NCBI RefSeq assembly: GCF_006345805.1
Contig: NC_043001.1
Coordinates: forward strand, 104,904,001 to 104,968,000
DNA: 64,000 nucleotides
Direction of reading: 5' to 3'
Origin: Octopus sinensis
Lineage: Eukaryota
The notes below the pieces were generated by a model. The model worked only from the letters and a program-made list of their open reading frames with translations, did no database searches and had not been told where the DNA came from. The translations under genes and the position numbers were made by a program. Positions 1 through 13,227 of the stretch are shown here, piece by piece. How positions within the stretch are numbered: the first letter of the stretch is position 1; each line of letters begins with the position of its first letter.

Positions 1-230
1 ATTTGCGTAGTTCACGTTTCTTTTACACCTTTGTTCTGTTCGTAAGAGGTGGCACCCTTCTTGGTGCAGCTTTGCCAGCCAGGGCGGTCATGTGCTGCGT
101 TTCCCAGGTGAAGTTCTGAGTCCGTCCTTGAAGCGCTTTTTCTGTCCACTTTGGGGAGCCACGTGTCAGGCATTCGAACAAGGTGGCCTGCCCACCTAAC
201 TTGCGCTCTCTTCAACAGACCTAAGATCTC
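1..230 (-). mobile_element. RTE-clade (BovB-like) LINE, degenerate fragment of the RT C-terminal region
   Basis: Minus strand reads LKRAQVRWAGHLVRMPDTWLPK, then (frameshifted) GQKKRFKDGL...HDRPGWQSCTKKGATSYEQ. These match the RTE motifs RWAGHxxRM, GGQKKRFKD and DRxxW. Confidence 0.85.
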
Positions 231-393
231 AAAAATTCAAAACAGGTGCCTACTAATACATCATGTATTATGATTTGAGGGAGATGTGGTTGTTAGTTTT
301 AGCCGATCGAACGGCTACGTAGACGCTTCCTCGTCTAATCTACCTACTTGGTTATGTAGACAATAAAGTGAATGACCCTTTTTTTTTATATGC

Positions 394-824
394 CAGCGGT
401 TCCCAACCCTTTTTGTTTTTACCAATAGATCCCTTTGGTTATTATTTTGCACGAGGCTGGGACCCTCATAGTCATTCACTGTCCTAAGGTATTATAGTAT
501 TAAATAGTATTAGGAATTGCCGCTACGTTCTGAGTTCAAATTCCGCCGAGGTCGACTTTGCCTTTCATCCTTTCGGGGTCGATTAAATAAGTACCAGTTA
601 CGCACTGGGGTCGATATAATCGACTTAATCCGTTTGTCTGTCCTTGTTTGTCCTTTCTGTGTTTAGCCCCTTGTGGGTAGTAAAGAAATAGGTATTGTAT
701 TAAATAAACGCTGAAATAAATATTTTGTGTATTAAAACCAGTATATTGCAAATCAATTTTAACAAAATCTTATACTGACCCCCACCACCCAAAGGTCAAC
801 TGCAGCCTAGTTGAGAGCCCCCCG
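394..824. mobile_element. Probable hAT/Charlie-like MITE interrupted by a SINE
   Basis: Left end cagcggttcccaaccctttt (394) and a degenerate right end gttgagagccccccg (810-824) resemble Charlie-type TIRs. The TSD is not clean. Confidence 0.4.
518..696 (+). mobile_element. SINE family B, 5'-truncated monomer
   Basis: B-box-like gagttcaaattcc, body ggggtcgat...aataagtaccag, tail gtctgtccttgtttgtcc...gtagtaaagaaataggtatt. The 10-mer gtattaaata occurs on both sides (497-506, 697-706). Confidence 0.85.
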
Positions 825-1077
825 TTATGAACCAAAAGCAATGTGAAGGGATTTTCGACAGACAAGAAAGTTAACCAAGCGTTTACGTCGGTGAAAGGAA
901 AGCGTCGCTTCTTGTAAATGAAAGCAAATTAATGTTCACACCAGATATCAGGAACCGATTGCGCCACTGACGCCATTTCTCTGTGATTGCTCGACCTGTT
1001 AGAAATAGAAGCCAATTGCACCTTGCAATAATATATTACATTTTAAACAAAGGAACGACACTTTGCACAAAGTAAAC

Positions 1078-1300
<223 letters not shown>

Positions 1301-1867
1301 ATTCAGATTCTTTGCATATATAGCGGTAGGCTACATTTTCTAGCACTAAAGCAATCGTTTGCAGAGCAGTTGATTCTATTTCCGATTTGGCAGAGATTTA
1401 TATAGATCTCCCTCGTTTGCACTCGGAACCATTGATGTTCGTTGCCAAGATGGACTCCCTGGAAATAAGCGGAAGAAATATTAAGAGGAACATGGAGCAG
1501 CACAAAGCGTGCTGAATGCGGAAGACAGTTTTTATGTACGTACACATTAGTTCACTGTCACACATGCATACACACGCATACAGACACACACAGCATACAC
1601 ACATATACACACAAACATATACGTGCGAATATTACTATAGCAACCAAATAAAGAATTGCATTGTCTCTGATAAGGTATATACATTTATGAATGATAACAG
1701 CACCATCTGTAAAATACTATGGCTGACGTTCACTTTAATAGACACAGCTTAGCATTTTCTAATATTTTTGAAAATATTTGTAATGTCTTTTAATGAGGTA
1801 TTCATCCATTCTATGACGTATTGATACATATGAGGGCGCTTGGTTTACTGGTTAGGGGTCTGTACTA

Positions 1868-2520
<653 letters not shown>

Positions 2521-2574
2521 CATACATACATACAGCATACATCCATGCATAATACATACTACATACATATATAT

Positions 2575-2753
2575 ATGATTGTCTTCTTTTAGTTTCCGTT
2601 TCCCAAGCCTTTGGTCGGCCGAACAACCACAGTAGAAGAGAATTGCCCTGTTACGAGGACATAAATGCCCCAACACTGGTTTTCAAACCGTGGGGAGGGA
2701 AACTCACACACACAGATTCATACACACACACCCAAACACACCACACACACACA

Positions 2754-2816
<63 letters not shown>

Positions 2817-2995
2817 ACACATATATATATATATATACGTATATACATACGTTAAACTTCTTTTGTTTCTGTCTACCGAACCCCCTCACAAGGCTTTTGT
2901 CGGCCAAAGGCTATAAAAAAAGGTACTTATCCAAAATGCCAAGCAATGAGTCTGATCCCTGTGGTTGTAATAAACGCTTTTTACCACACACTCAC
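2575..2995 (-). mobile_element. Degenerate SINE family A fragments with internal microsatellite
   Basis: Diverged matches to the family A head/core (gtttccgt, cacaaggctttggtcggcc, taccacac). Confidence 0.55.
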
Positions 2996-3347
2996 CTCTA
3001 GAAATCAGATCTCCCTTCGTAAAAAAAAAATCGAAAAACAAAATCCGAGACAAATGTATGTATGTATGTATGCCCGGTCTGGCATCGCGTTTCCATGTTT
3101 TGCTTGACGTAAGCTTTCATAATTATCATTTCATTGCATAATTTTTATTATTTTCAGTCGAGATTTGTAATAAATACTTGCAAAAGACATTTATTGATTA
3201 AATGTCTAAATTTCCGAGTTGAGTGGTTGTTTCTAAGAATATAATTAACCGGAGTATTGGCCCAATTTTTAGATAGTATATTTTACAGTATTCTTCTCTA
3301 TATTAGCTTTTAATCGATCTGATCTCCAACTGTTATAAGGCAATTCA

Positions 3348-3513
3348 GGTGCAGTCGTGGCTGCCTGGTAAGAAGTTTGCTTCCCAACCACATAGTTCAG
3401 AGTTCAATCCTACTGTGTGTCATCTGCGGCAAGTTTCCTCTCTCCTGTAGCCTCGAGCCGACCAAATTCCTGGGAGTGGATTTGGTAAACGAAAACCGAA
3501 AGAATCCCTCCCA

Positions 3514-3516
<3 letters not shown>
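3348..3516 (+). mobile_element. SINE family A, 5' half
   Basis: gtggctgcctggtaagaagtttgcttcccaaccaca...gagtggatttggtaaacgaaaaccgaaagaa followed by (TA)n. Confidence 0.75.
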
Positions 3517-3551
<35 letters not shown>

Positions 3552-3575
3552 ATATATATATATATATATATATAG

Positions 3576-3620
<45 letters not shown>

Positions 3621-3629
3621 TTCCTTCTT

Positions 3630-3870
3630 GAGCCATGCCAGGCTCCTAATGGCTGATTTCCTTGTTTCAATGGTCCATATGTTCCCCCACCAGGAGGGGA
3701 CGCCGCTCCGTTACAGGGTTGCTCCTGTTTGCCAGCTGAGTGGACTGGTGCAACGTGAAATGAAGTGTTTAGCTCAAGAACGCAATTTCTCAACCACTAG
3801 GCCAGGTGCCGATTTGTTCGACTGAAATACTTCGAGGCGGTCCCCTAGCATGACTAAAACAAGTAAAATA
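3630..3870. mobile_element. Composite of a minus-strand SINE fragment and a plus-strand family A tail
   Basis: A-box-like ggcacctggcctagtggttgag on the minus strand near 3790-3810; gccagctgagtggac is shared with ~47398; degenerate ggcggt..cagcatg tail at 3836-3870. Confidence 0.45.
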
Positions 3871-3878
3871 GAACCAAA

Positions 3879-3911
<33 letters not shown>

Positions 3912-4305
3912 GTGTGTTTGTGTGTGTGCGTGTGTGTGTGTGAGTGCGTGTCCGTGTGTGTGTGTGTGTGTGTGTGTGTGAGTGCGTGTGCGCGTGTGTG
4001 TGTGTGTGTGTGTGTGCGTGTGTGTGTGTGTGAGTGTTGGTCCCCGACTGGATTAGAAGCTGCGATTCCCCCACACCATACATGTCATTATTTTATAAAA
4101 TTCAGAAGTATTTATATCTAATTACAAGTTACTCATATCATAATTAATAGCAATCAGTAGGAAATCGTTACTTTGTGGAAACATCTTTGAAGGATGATTC
4201 AGCATTTGCAATCAACATGGCCGCAAATAGCAGAATGCCACGTTTAGTGTTTGTGATCTATAGAAAACCAGAACCCGTGGAAAGGCGTAGATGAATAAAA
4301 GAATA

Positions 4306-4705
4306 GGCGCAGGAGTGGCCGTGTGGTAAGTAGCTTGCTTACCAACCACATGGTTCTGGGTTCAGTCCCACTGCGTGGCACCCTAGGCAAGTGTCTTCTA
4401 CTATAGCCTCGGGCCGACCAAAGCCTTGTGAGTGGATTTGGTAGACGGAAACTGGAAGAATCCCGTCACATATGTATATATATATATATATATATGTGTA
4501 TATGTTTGTGTGTCTGCCCCCCCCCCCTGCCAACATTGCTTGATAACCGATGCTGGTGGGTTTACTTCCCCGTAACTTAGCCTTTCTGCAGTAGAGACCA
4601 ATAGGCTTACAAAGAATAAGCTCTAGGGTCGATTTGCTCTACTAAAGGCGGTGCTCCAGCATGGTCGCAGTCAAATTCCTGAAACAAGTAAAAGAGTGAA
4701 AAGAT
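4306..4705 (+). mobile_element. SINE family A, full length (tRNA-derived head, internal TA/TG microsatellite, gtaaaaga tail)
   Basis: Head ggcgcaggagtggccgtgtggtaag (A box), ggttcagtccc (B box), core gcaagtgtcttctactatagcctcgggccgacc, tail ggcggtgctccagcatgg...gaaacaagtaaaagag. More than ten copies in the window. Confidence 0.92.
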
Positions 4706-4744
4706 ATATAGATAAATAAATAAATAAGGAAAAGTAATTCTGCC

Positions 4745-5010
4745 CATTCATTGCGGACAAGTCCAAGTTTATGAACTTGGAGAGATTTTACCAGAATTAT
4801 TGCAGAAGATATGTCTGGAACCCAGAAAACCGAAGAAAGCAATGAAGGAAATAGGAAGTGCAGCTAAAACTAGCTCAAGGTGGTTATGGTTGATAAGAAA
4901 CTGCGAATGGATCCCTTCCGTCGGTGAAGACTAGCTCGGTCCTCACTTACTCCACACAAGTGAGGGCTAAGGAGCGAAGTGCATATGACCCTGAGATACC
5001 TGCTGACGAT
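4745..5010 (+). mobile_element. HERO-like (R2 group, RLE) LINE 3' fragment
   Basis: 4842-4934 encodes MKEIGSAAKTSSRWLWLIRNCEW, similar to the HERO C-terminal AAExxSRWLWxxR motif. Followed by a 3'UTR-like tgaccctgagatacctgctgacgat. Confidence 0.6.
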
Positions 5011-5349
5011 AGAGAAGAGTTGCAAAGGATTTAGAAGATCTTTCAAAGACTTCTGAGTGGCTCTTGCAGTTTCCGTGTGGAGCTAAGCATCTCTAAATTT
5101 TATTTCGCCAATTCTTTTGAAATTTACTCTAGCTAAGATCGAGTTTGAATATCTAAATCACTCTAGACCCCTTTGTTTACCATTTTTCTCCACAGGCTAT
5201 CATATGTTTAAAAAATCCGATTCTTTTATAATTAAATATTATTAAAAATTGTATAATGTATTGTTAAAATACTTTGTGTGCGTAGAAGTAGAACCTAGTT
5301 ATTGCTGATAAATTTTAACAGCGAAATCTTATATGGTCGTCCAAAGATC

Positions 5350-5425
5350 ATATGAACCGTGAGGCACATATGGGCCCCCAAGGCGCATATGGGCTCCCCG
5401 AGGCGCATACGCACCACTGCTCTAA
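5350..5425. repeat. Three degenerate 20-bp tandem units ending in cgcaccactg (possible hAT subterminal repeats and TIR)
   Basis: gaggcacatatgggccccca / aggcgcatatgggctccccg / aggcgcatacgcaccactg. No partner TIR found. Confidence 0.45.
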
Positions 5426-5812
5426 TGTATGCAAATATCAGTAATAAACAACACTGGAATTTTGGATTTGATGGTCATCTCTCTTCTTGAATAATTGACT
5501 TTGAGTCTAATCTTGTGGAAACTTTATTAATATTATATCAACATTTGTCACGGATGGATAATTGAAAACAACGTTACAACCACCGCAGCCATTTTCAAAT
5601 AATTTCAGGTGAATCATTGATGCGTCTGTGTATTACACAGAGGTACATTGTACAGGTGAATGCACCTATATATAATATATACATATACGTTCATATACAC
5701 ACTCACACACAAACACACACACGCATATATATATGCTTGTATGTATGTAGATATATATATAAATATACGTATGTACATATGTATATATATATATATATTA
5801 TATTTGTAATAT

Positions 5813-5843
<31 letters not shown>

Positions 5844-5865
5844 ATATATATATATACATATATAC

Positions 5866-5921
<56 letters not shown>

Positions 5922-5963
5922 CACCACACCCCACACATATATATATTATATATATATATATTA

Positions 5964-7358
5964 TACACTTTTCTGTACTTATGTATGTGCGTATGCCAAT
6001 GAGTATCAATATGTATGCATACAAACGTAGAGACATGTGTGCGTGTATATGTGTGCGTGTATATGTGTGCGTGTATATGTATGTGTATGTTGTGTGTGTG
6101 TGTGTTGTTTGTGTGTGTGCGTGTGTGTGTATGACAATGTATATCAATATGTATAGATATTTTCTTTTTATTCTGCTGCCAAATATTCCGAAAGATGACG
6201 TCAAAACTATCGTCTGTCCCATCAGAAGGAATAAAAATAGAATATAATAATACGGATGCAATGAATATATCGATTCATTTTTTTTTGTTGTTGTTACATA
6301 GAGTAAAACCACACGCGCACACACACACAACACACATACACACACAAGGAAGAAAAAAAGAGCTCGTAAAATCCCTCATAAATCTTCTTTGCATAATCGA
6401 TAGAAGCACACAACATGAATGAAATGACGAATAAAAGCAGATGATATTCATTCAATACATACGGCAAATATTGTGTCTACTGCATATTGATTTGCCGTTC
6501 GTGTCTAACACACAACCTCTCCGCACAGAACCAGATCCATCTACATAAATCAATGAGTGCGTTAATATATGCATGATGTACAACACACACACACACAACA
6601 CATGCATACATACTAGACAGATTGACACATACACACACACATATATATATATATATATTATATATATATACACTTTTCTGTACTTATGTATGTGCGTATG
6701 CCAATGAGTATCAATATGTATGCATACAAACGTAGAGACATGTGTGCGTGTATATGTGTGCGTGTATATGTGTGCGTGTATATGTATGTGTATGTGTGTG
6801 TGTATGTGTTTGTGTGTGTGCGTGTGTGTGTATGACAATGTATATCAATATGTATAGATATTTTCTTTTTTTATTCTGCTGCCAAAATATTCCGAAAGAT
6901 GACGTCAAAACTATCGTCTGTTCCCATCAGAAGGAATAAAAATAGAAATATAATAAAGTACGGATGCAATGAATATATCGATTCATTTTTTTTTGTTGTT
7001 GTTACATAGAGTAAAACACACGCGCACACACACACACACACACATACACACACAAGGAAGAAAAAAAAGAGCTCGTAAAATCCCTCATAAATCTTCTTTG
7101 CATAATCGATAGAAGCACACAACATGAATGAAATGACGAATAAAAGCAGATGATATTCATTCAATACAACTACGGCAAATATTGTGTCTACTGCATATTG
7201 ATTTGCCGTTCGTGTCTAACACACAACCTCTCCGCAACAGAACCAGATCCATCTACATAAATCAATGAGTGCGTTAATATATGCATGAATGTACACACAC
7301 ACACACACACACACACATGCATACATACGTAGACAGATTGACACATACACACACACAT
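5964..7358 (+). repeat. Tandem duplication, two ~705-bp copies
   Basis: tacacttttctgtacttatgtatgtgcg starts at 5964 and 6669. The copies differ mostly by 1-2 bp indels. Confidence 0.95.
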
Positions 7359-7456
7359 ATATATGTATGTATATACATGTATACATCTGTGTATATATTT
7401 ATGCATATGTATATATGTATATACATATATACACATACATAAATATATATATATAC

Positions 7457-7487
<31 letters not shown>

Positions 7488-7632
7488 TCTATATTTATAT
7501 ATATCTGTTTATGAATATATATATTCATATATACATATATGCGCACTATGCACACACATATATACATATAGATACATACATATATATGCAAATACACACA
7601 CACATATGTATATGTATATATATATATGTATA

Positions 7633-7666
<34 letters not shown>

Positions 7667-8131
7667 CTACGTACAAATATACACACCTGCATTGAAACTT
7701 GCCCCACGGCGTATTCCCTTCAACAGTTGTCATACATATATCTATTTATTTAGGTGGATGAATGGATGGATGGATCGATCGATCGATTAATGCATACATG
7801 CAAGTATGCTAGGTTACTTTTGGTGCGACTGGTAATCTGTAAACCCGTTCAACCCGTTGCATGATCGGGCTGCCAGCATCCTTACCCAACTTGCTTGGTA
7901 AGAAATGTGGTTTCCATTGTACACTCCGCAGGACAAAAACCAAAACCTGTTATAAGGGTAGATGAACTCGTCGGCGTCAACGTCCTTCCAACGGGTCCTA
8001 GGCTCCCCTTGTTTGCGAAGATGAGAGCGAGGCTCCTCTTGTCTCCAAGAAGGAAATTCCGAAATAACACCCGTCTCATTGCGAAGCCGAGTTTTGTTCT
8101 TGCTTGTTTCTATACCTCTCAGCTTTATGGG

Positions 8132-8158
8132 TGAGTCATAGAAATGTTGCGCATGCGC
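8132..8158. promoter_or_regulatory. AP-1-like site (TGAGTCA, 8132-8138) and NRF1/Ewg-type palindrome (TGCGCATGCGC, 8148-8158) at the edge of a CpG-rich island
   Basis: Motifs are directly visible next to unique GC-rich sequence 7820-8130. Function is inferred only. Confidence 0.3.
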
Positions 8159-8293
8159 TTAGTGACTAACTTTCATTTCAGCTCGGAAATTGTCTTTAAT
8201 ATCCAGGATATAATAATTTGTCAGTGATCACCACACTCGTCTACTACTTCACATCCACAGTATTGGTATGTATGTATGTATGTATGTATGTCA

Positions 8294-8568
8294 TTATTCA
8301 GTTTTATTTCAAGATTTCTTGACAATAGAGAAAGAACCGGTTTCTAAATTAGATTCAAGCCTCCTCCATTGGAATTTCAACATCAACAACAGGGTATTTT
8401 TGTATGCATGTATGTATGTATGTATGTATGCATGTGTGAATATGAATATGTATGTATGTCCTTATTCAGTTTTATTTCAAGATTTCTTGCCAATAATGAA
8501 AGAGCTGGTTTCTAAACTAGATCCAAGATTCCATCACTGGAATTTCAACATCAACTACAGAGTATTTT
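8294..8568 (-). repeat. Two ~108-bp diverged copies of a short element, each embedded in (TATG)n
   Basis: ttattcagttttatttcaagatttcttg...ggaatttcaacatcaac..gtattttt at 8294-8401 and 8462-8568. Confidence 0.85.
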
Positions 8569-9231
8569 TGTATGTGTATGTATGTATGTATGTATGTATG
8601 TATGTATGTATGTATGTATGTATGTATGTATGTGCAGATTTGTATTTAGGCAGTGTGTTACATATCACAGGGCTCCAATAAATACAGGTATATATATATA
8701 TGTGTATGTATATATACACAAACACATTTTTGTACTTATGTATGAGCATATGCTAATGAATATCAACATGTATACACACACACAAGCGAGCACAAACACA
8801 CATAAACACATATGTATGGGGTAAGATGTATGAACTGGTGATATTATAGGTGTCCAGTGCATTTAGAAACTCTTATTTGCACGAATATATTAGTTAATAT
8901 GCTTCAAAGTGTAATTCAAGCTTTATACATTATGTATATTTGTCACTTATATTTTACAGTGTTTTTTTCTTACCCTTTCATTTGTTTTTATGGTATCTGC
9001 GATTGGACGACAGCCATTCTGTGTAACGTAACTTTAAAAGTTTATTTGATAAAATCAACCATAACGTCTTGTCTGATGCACATTATATACACACACATCC
9101 CCCCACATACACACACATTCACATACTTTTGTATATATATCATCTATATATATATAGGGTGGTGCTATTAAGTTGATAGACATGGCCTGGGCCAATAATG
9201 GCCGAAACCTATCAAAGTATCAAAGTATCAA

Positions 9232-9274
<43 letters not shown>

Positions 9275-9285
9275 ATACATATATA

Positions 9286-9667
9286 CTCTTTTACTCTCTT
9301 TTACTCTTATACTTGTTTCAGTCATTTGACTGTGGCCATGCTGGAGCACCGCCTTTAGTCGAGGAAATCGACCCCAGGACTTATTCTTTGTAAGCCTTGT
9401 ACTTATTCTATAGGTCTCTTTTGCCGAACGTAAACACACCAGCATCGGTTGTCAAGCGATGTTGGGAGGACAAACACAGACACACAAACATATATACATA
9501 TACACATATATACGATGGGCTTCTTTCAGTTTCCGTCTACCAAATCCTCTCGCAAGCCTTGGTCGGACCGAGGCTATAGTAGAAGACACTTGCCCAAGGT
9601 ACCACGCAATGGGACTGACCCGGAACTATGTGGTTCGTAAGCAAGCTACTTACCACACAGCCACTTC
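9286..9667 (-). mobile_element. SINE family A, near full length
   Basis: Reverse complement of the 4306-4705 element, with a small internal deletion. Confidence 0.9.
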
Positions 9668-9865
<198 letters not shown>

Positions 9866-9929
9866 TATATACGCATATTATGCGGTACAAAATATAGCGG
9901 CTCGATAATCGACCGTTCAGTGTGGTTAT

Positions 9930-10070
9930 GCCATAAAAAAGTTGAGATTGAGTCTCCTCGTTGATATTGCTGTCCCTGTCTCAGGTCATCTCTCCTCAGA
10001 GAGGATGCCAACTTAAAAGATATCGGGACTTGGCGGTGAGATCAATATCAATATTTGGAGAAACAGATGT
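9930..10070 (+). mobile_element. Highly degenerate RLE endonuclease fragment (R4/Dong-like)
   Basis: Frameshifted VDIAVP...KRYRDLA, resembling IDxAVP...KYxDLAxE. Confidence 0.35.
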
Positions 10071-10130
10071 CATTGCAGATATCGAATTACTCACAAGAGG
10101 AATAAACAGATAACTCAATAGTCCCCTCAC

Positions 10131-10164
<34 letters not shown>

Positions 10165-10173
10165 CTGTGTATG

Positions 10174-10220
<47 letters not shown>

Positions 10221-10460
10221 ATATATAGTTTGTGTGTATTGTTGTGTGTGCATTCAAATACCAATGTATTACAAAGATTGAGCTGTTACCGATTTCTGTA
10301 TCTCTGTTGTGTATCTGAACATACATATAGAGAAACATACACGCGCGTGCATACACAATCACATGCTTACAGACACGCCACATACACAACATATGTCTGT
10401 GTATGCACATATATGTATATACATATCTATATAAACACATGTATACATATAATATATATA

Positions 10461-10491
<31 letters not shown>

Positions 10492-11176
10492 ATTTGTTTT
10501 CCATACTTACAGTTAAAAGTCTCAATGACCGAAACGGTTTTTTACTGAAATGTTTTTTATTTATTTTAGCATTTTCTATCTTGACTTTTTTTCCATATAT
10601 ACATATATATATGGATATACACATGTATATGTGTAGTTATACAATAGACGTTTATATACGCGTACGAACACGCACCCACATATATTGTTATAATTGGGGA
10701 GGGTCATTTTATTTTTTGTTTTCTGCCACTAAGCACACGTACTGTTTGTTTGCTCTTCCATCTAGATTTATTAGCAAAGTTCTGTCATCATACATTCTGG
10801 GACCTCTTCAGCAATTTTCTGTTCTCCGTGTCTCTTCCTCCTCTCTCGTCTTATGCTGTCTGTTCCATTTTCTGTTTCTGTATTCCCAGAAAGAGAAAAT
10901 GCAAAAAGGGTACAAATAAACAGAGCATGTTTATTAACAAAAGAAAAAATACTAATAAACAGATAAATGAAACAAAATGGCCGTCCACACCCCAATATAA
11001 AAATAACTGAACTCACGATTACATATCAAGAATCTTGGATACATTTATACATAAACGTCTGTATACATACATGTATGCACACATCTATACATACATACAT
11101 ATACATACATATACATACATATACATACATACATATACATACATGCATATATGCATACATACATATATATTATTAT

Positions 11177-11757
11177 GGCTGCCCCCTCGTTATCGAGTAT
11201 AGCCATTGCACGAAGCTTAACTGTTACTGGTGCTGTGATCGAATGTGACTTTTTAGCCCAGCTAAAGATCTACAATGTCTTGTACAAAATTGGCAACTAA
11301 GACCTTTACTGGTAATAGCCGGCTGTAGTTGTAACTGGGCTTCATGTACCTTTGCATGTCGTTTAAGTTCTCCTGCCGAATTACACTCTCTTCCACATGC
11401 CCGACAGATATGATTAGTATGGTGTGTTACACCACCACCACCAGTGGCCAGATTGTCACTCAATTGTCTCGTTTTATGACTACGAAGAAGACTCATCAGT
11501 CCAGCTTTACTGAGGCAGGGTCTTGCACAGACATTGCATGTCAGAATCAAAGGAAGACCCTTCCCTTCTGGAAGTGTAACAGCGATGCCCTTCCTGACAT
11601 CCCTCCTTACTTTTTCACGTGCAACTCGAGATTTCGCAAACGTGGCCGTCCCCTCATGCGCAATCCTTCTCCACCTGCTACGATCAATAGCTATGCCTTC
11701 CCATGTGTCAGGAGAGATGCAACCATCTCTTAAGGAAGCCTTCAGCAAGTCCTTATA
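11177..11757 (-). mobile_element. 5'-truncated RTE LINE 3' end encoding three C-terminal C2H2 zinc fingers, in a (TACA)n array
   Basis: KDLLKASLRDGCISPDTWEGIAIDRSRWRRIAHEG (RTE post-RT motif), then CNVC..SLLRSH, CRAC..RHAKVH and CQFC..SHIRSQH; stop at 11224; short 3'UTR; (ATGT)n-type tail. Confidence 0.88.
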
Positions 11758-12180
11758 CATACATGCATACATGCATACATACATGCATAGGAGCATACAT
11801 GCATATATATATATATGCATACATGCATACATATATATATATACATATATATATGCATACATACGTGCATATATGCATATATACATATATGCATACATGC
11901 ATGCATACATAATACATGCATGCATGCATACATACATACATGCATACATATATATGTATATACATGCATACATGCATACATACATATATACATACATGTA
12001 TATACATACATACATGCATACATATATACATGCATACATAAGTGCATACATGCATATATACATATATGCATACATGCATGCATACATACATACATGCATA
12101 TATATATACGTATATACATGCATACATACATGCATTTAATAATGCATACATACATGCATGCATATATACATAAATATACG
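11758..12180. repeat. Degenerate (TACA/TGCA/TA) microsatellite-minisatellite
   Basis: Directly visible. Confidence 0.95.
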
Positions 12181-12500
12181 CACACGCACACTACACTCAC
12201 ACACATCTCGTCAATGGCTATGGTTAGTCCAATTAAAAAAAACTGGGCTGAGAAATATCATGAGCAATTTTTTCTGTTTTCTTTTTACATTGTGATAAAC
12301 TCACATGTTGAACAACGATATGCCATGTGTGAAATTAACTACCGTTTATTACTGGTTGCTATATTATCGAATCTGAAATCGATAATATAGGAAAGATGCT
12401 TCCAGGCGTGTTTCCTTTTCAAACAAATAGGCGTGACTATATATTAGAAAGCACTTTCCGTCCAGTGCGTCTTCGATTTGCAAATCAGACCCATTATTAC

Positions 12501-12576
<76 letters not shown>

Positions 12577-12579
<3 letters not shown>

Positions 12580-12633
12580 TAGTTTTATTTTTATAGCGTG
12601 CTTTCACTTCGCTACCGAGCGCAGCTCTGTGTG

Positions 12634-12634
<1 letters not shown>
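12577..12634 (-). mobile_element. 58-bp 3' terminus of R4/Dong-like family A, inside (ATT)n
   Basis: One mismatch against 63396-63453, the 3' end of the coding copy. Confidence 0.85.
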
Positions 12635-12689
<55 letters not shown>

Positions 12690-12744
12690 TATTATTATCA
12701 TCATTATTATCATTATTATTATCATCATTATTATTATTATTGTT

Positions 12745-13105
12745 GAGTCAGAGAGCAGTGCATGCCATCAAAGTGACACTGAGGTAAAATATACGAAGGA
12801 TGTTGAACGAAACACCCATGTTTCCAGAGGTGAATTATTCAAACCACAAAGAATCCCTCTCAACACATGACTATGATGCTCTCCCACTACTTCTGCTCGT
12901 GATCAGAGATGCACATATCGTCAGCCACTAATAGACATGCTCAGCTGATTAAGGTCAAACAACTGACAAGCAAATCTGTGGTATTGAGCAGAATATTTGC
13001 TGTAGCCCATCTTTTATACCAAGACAAAACAATGCAAATGATAACTTTTCCAATCAGTTATGGTGAGAAGCCATGAAAACCACTGCCTGGTACTGCATCA
13101 GTATA
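12745..13105 (-). mobile_element. Non-coding element X, internally deleted copy, inside (ATT)n
   Basis: Colinear with 62824-63380 except for a 194-bp deletion at an AAG microhomology. Confidence 0.85.
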
Positions 13106-13177
13106 TTTATTATTATGATTATTATTATTATTATTTTATTATTATTATTATTATTATTATTTTATTATTATTATCAT

Positions 13178-13224
<47 letters not shown>

Positions 13225-13227
<3 letters not shown>

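Noticed and set aside
11224-12135. 303-aa ORF as a host C2H2 zinc-finger gene
   Set aside because: The N-terminal half is microsatellite, and the rest is an RTE C-terminus followed by the RTE tail; no TGEKP-type linkers.
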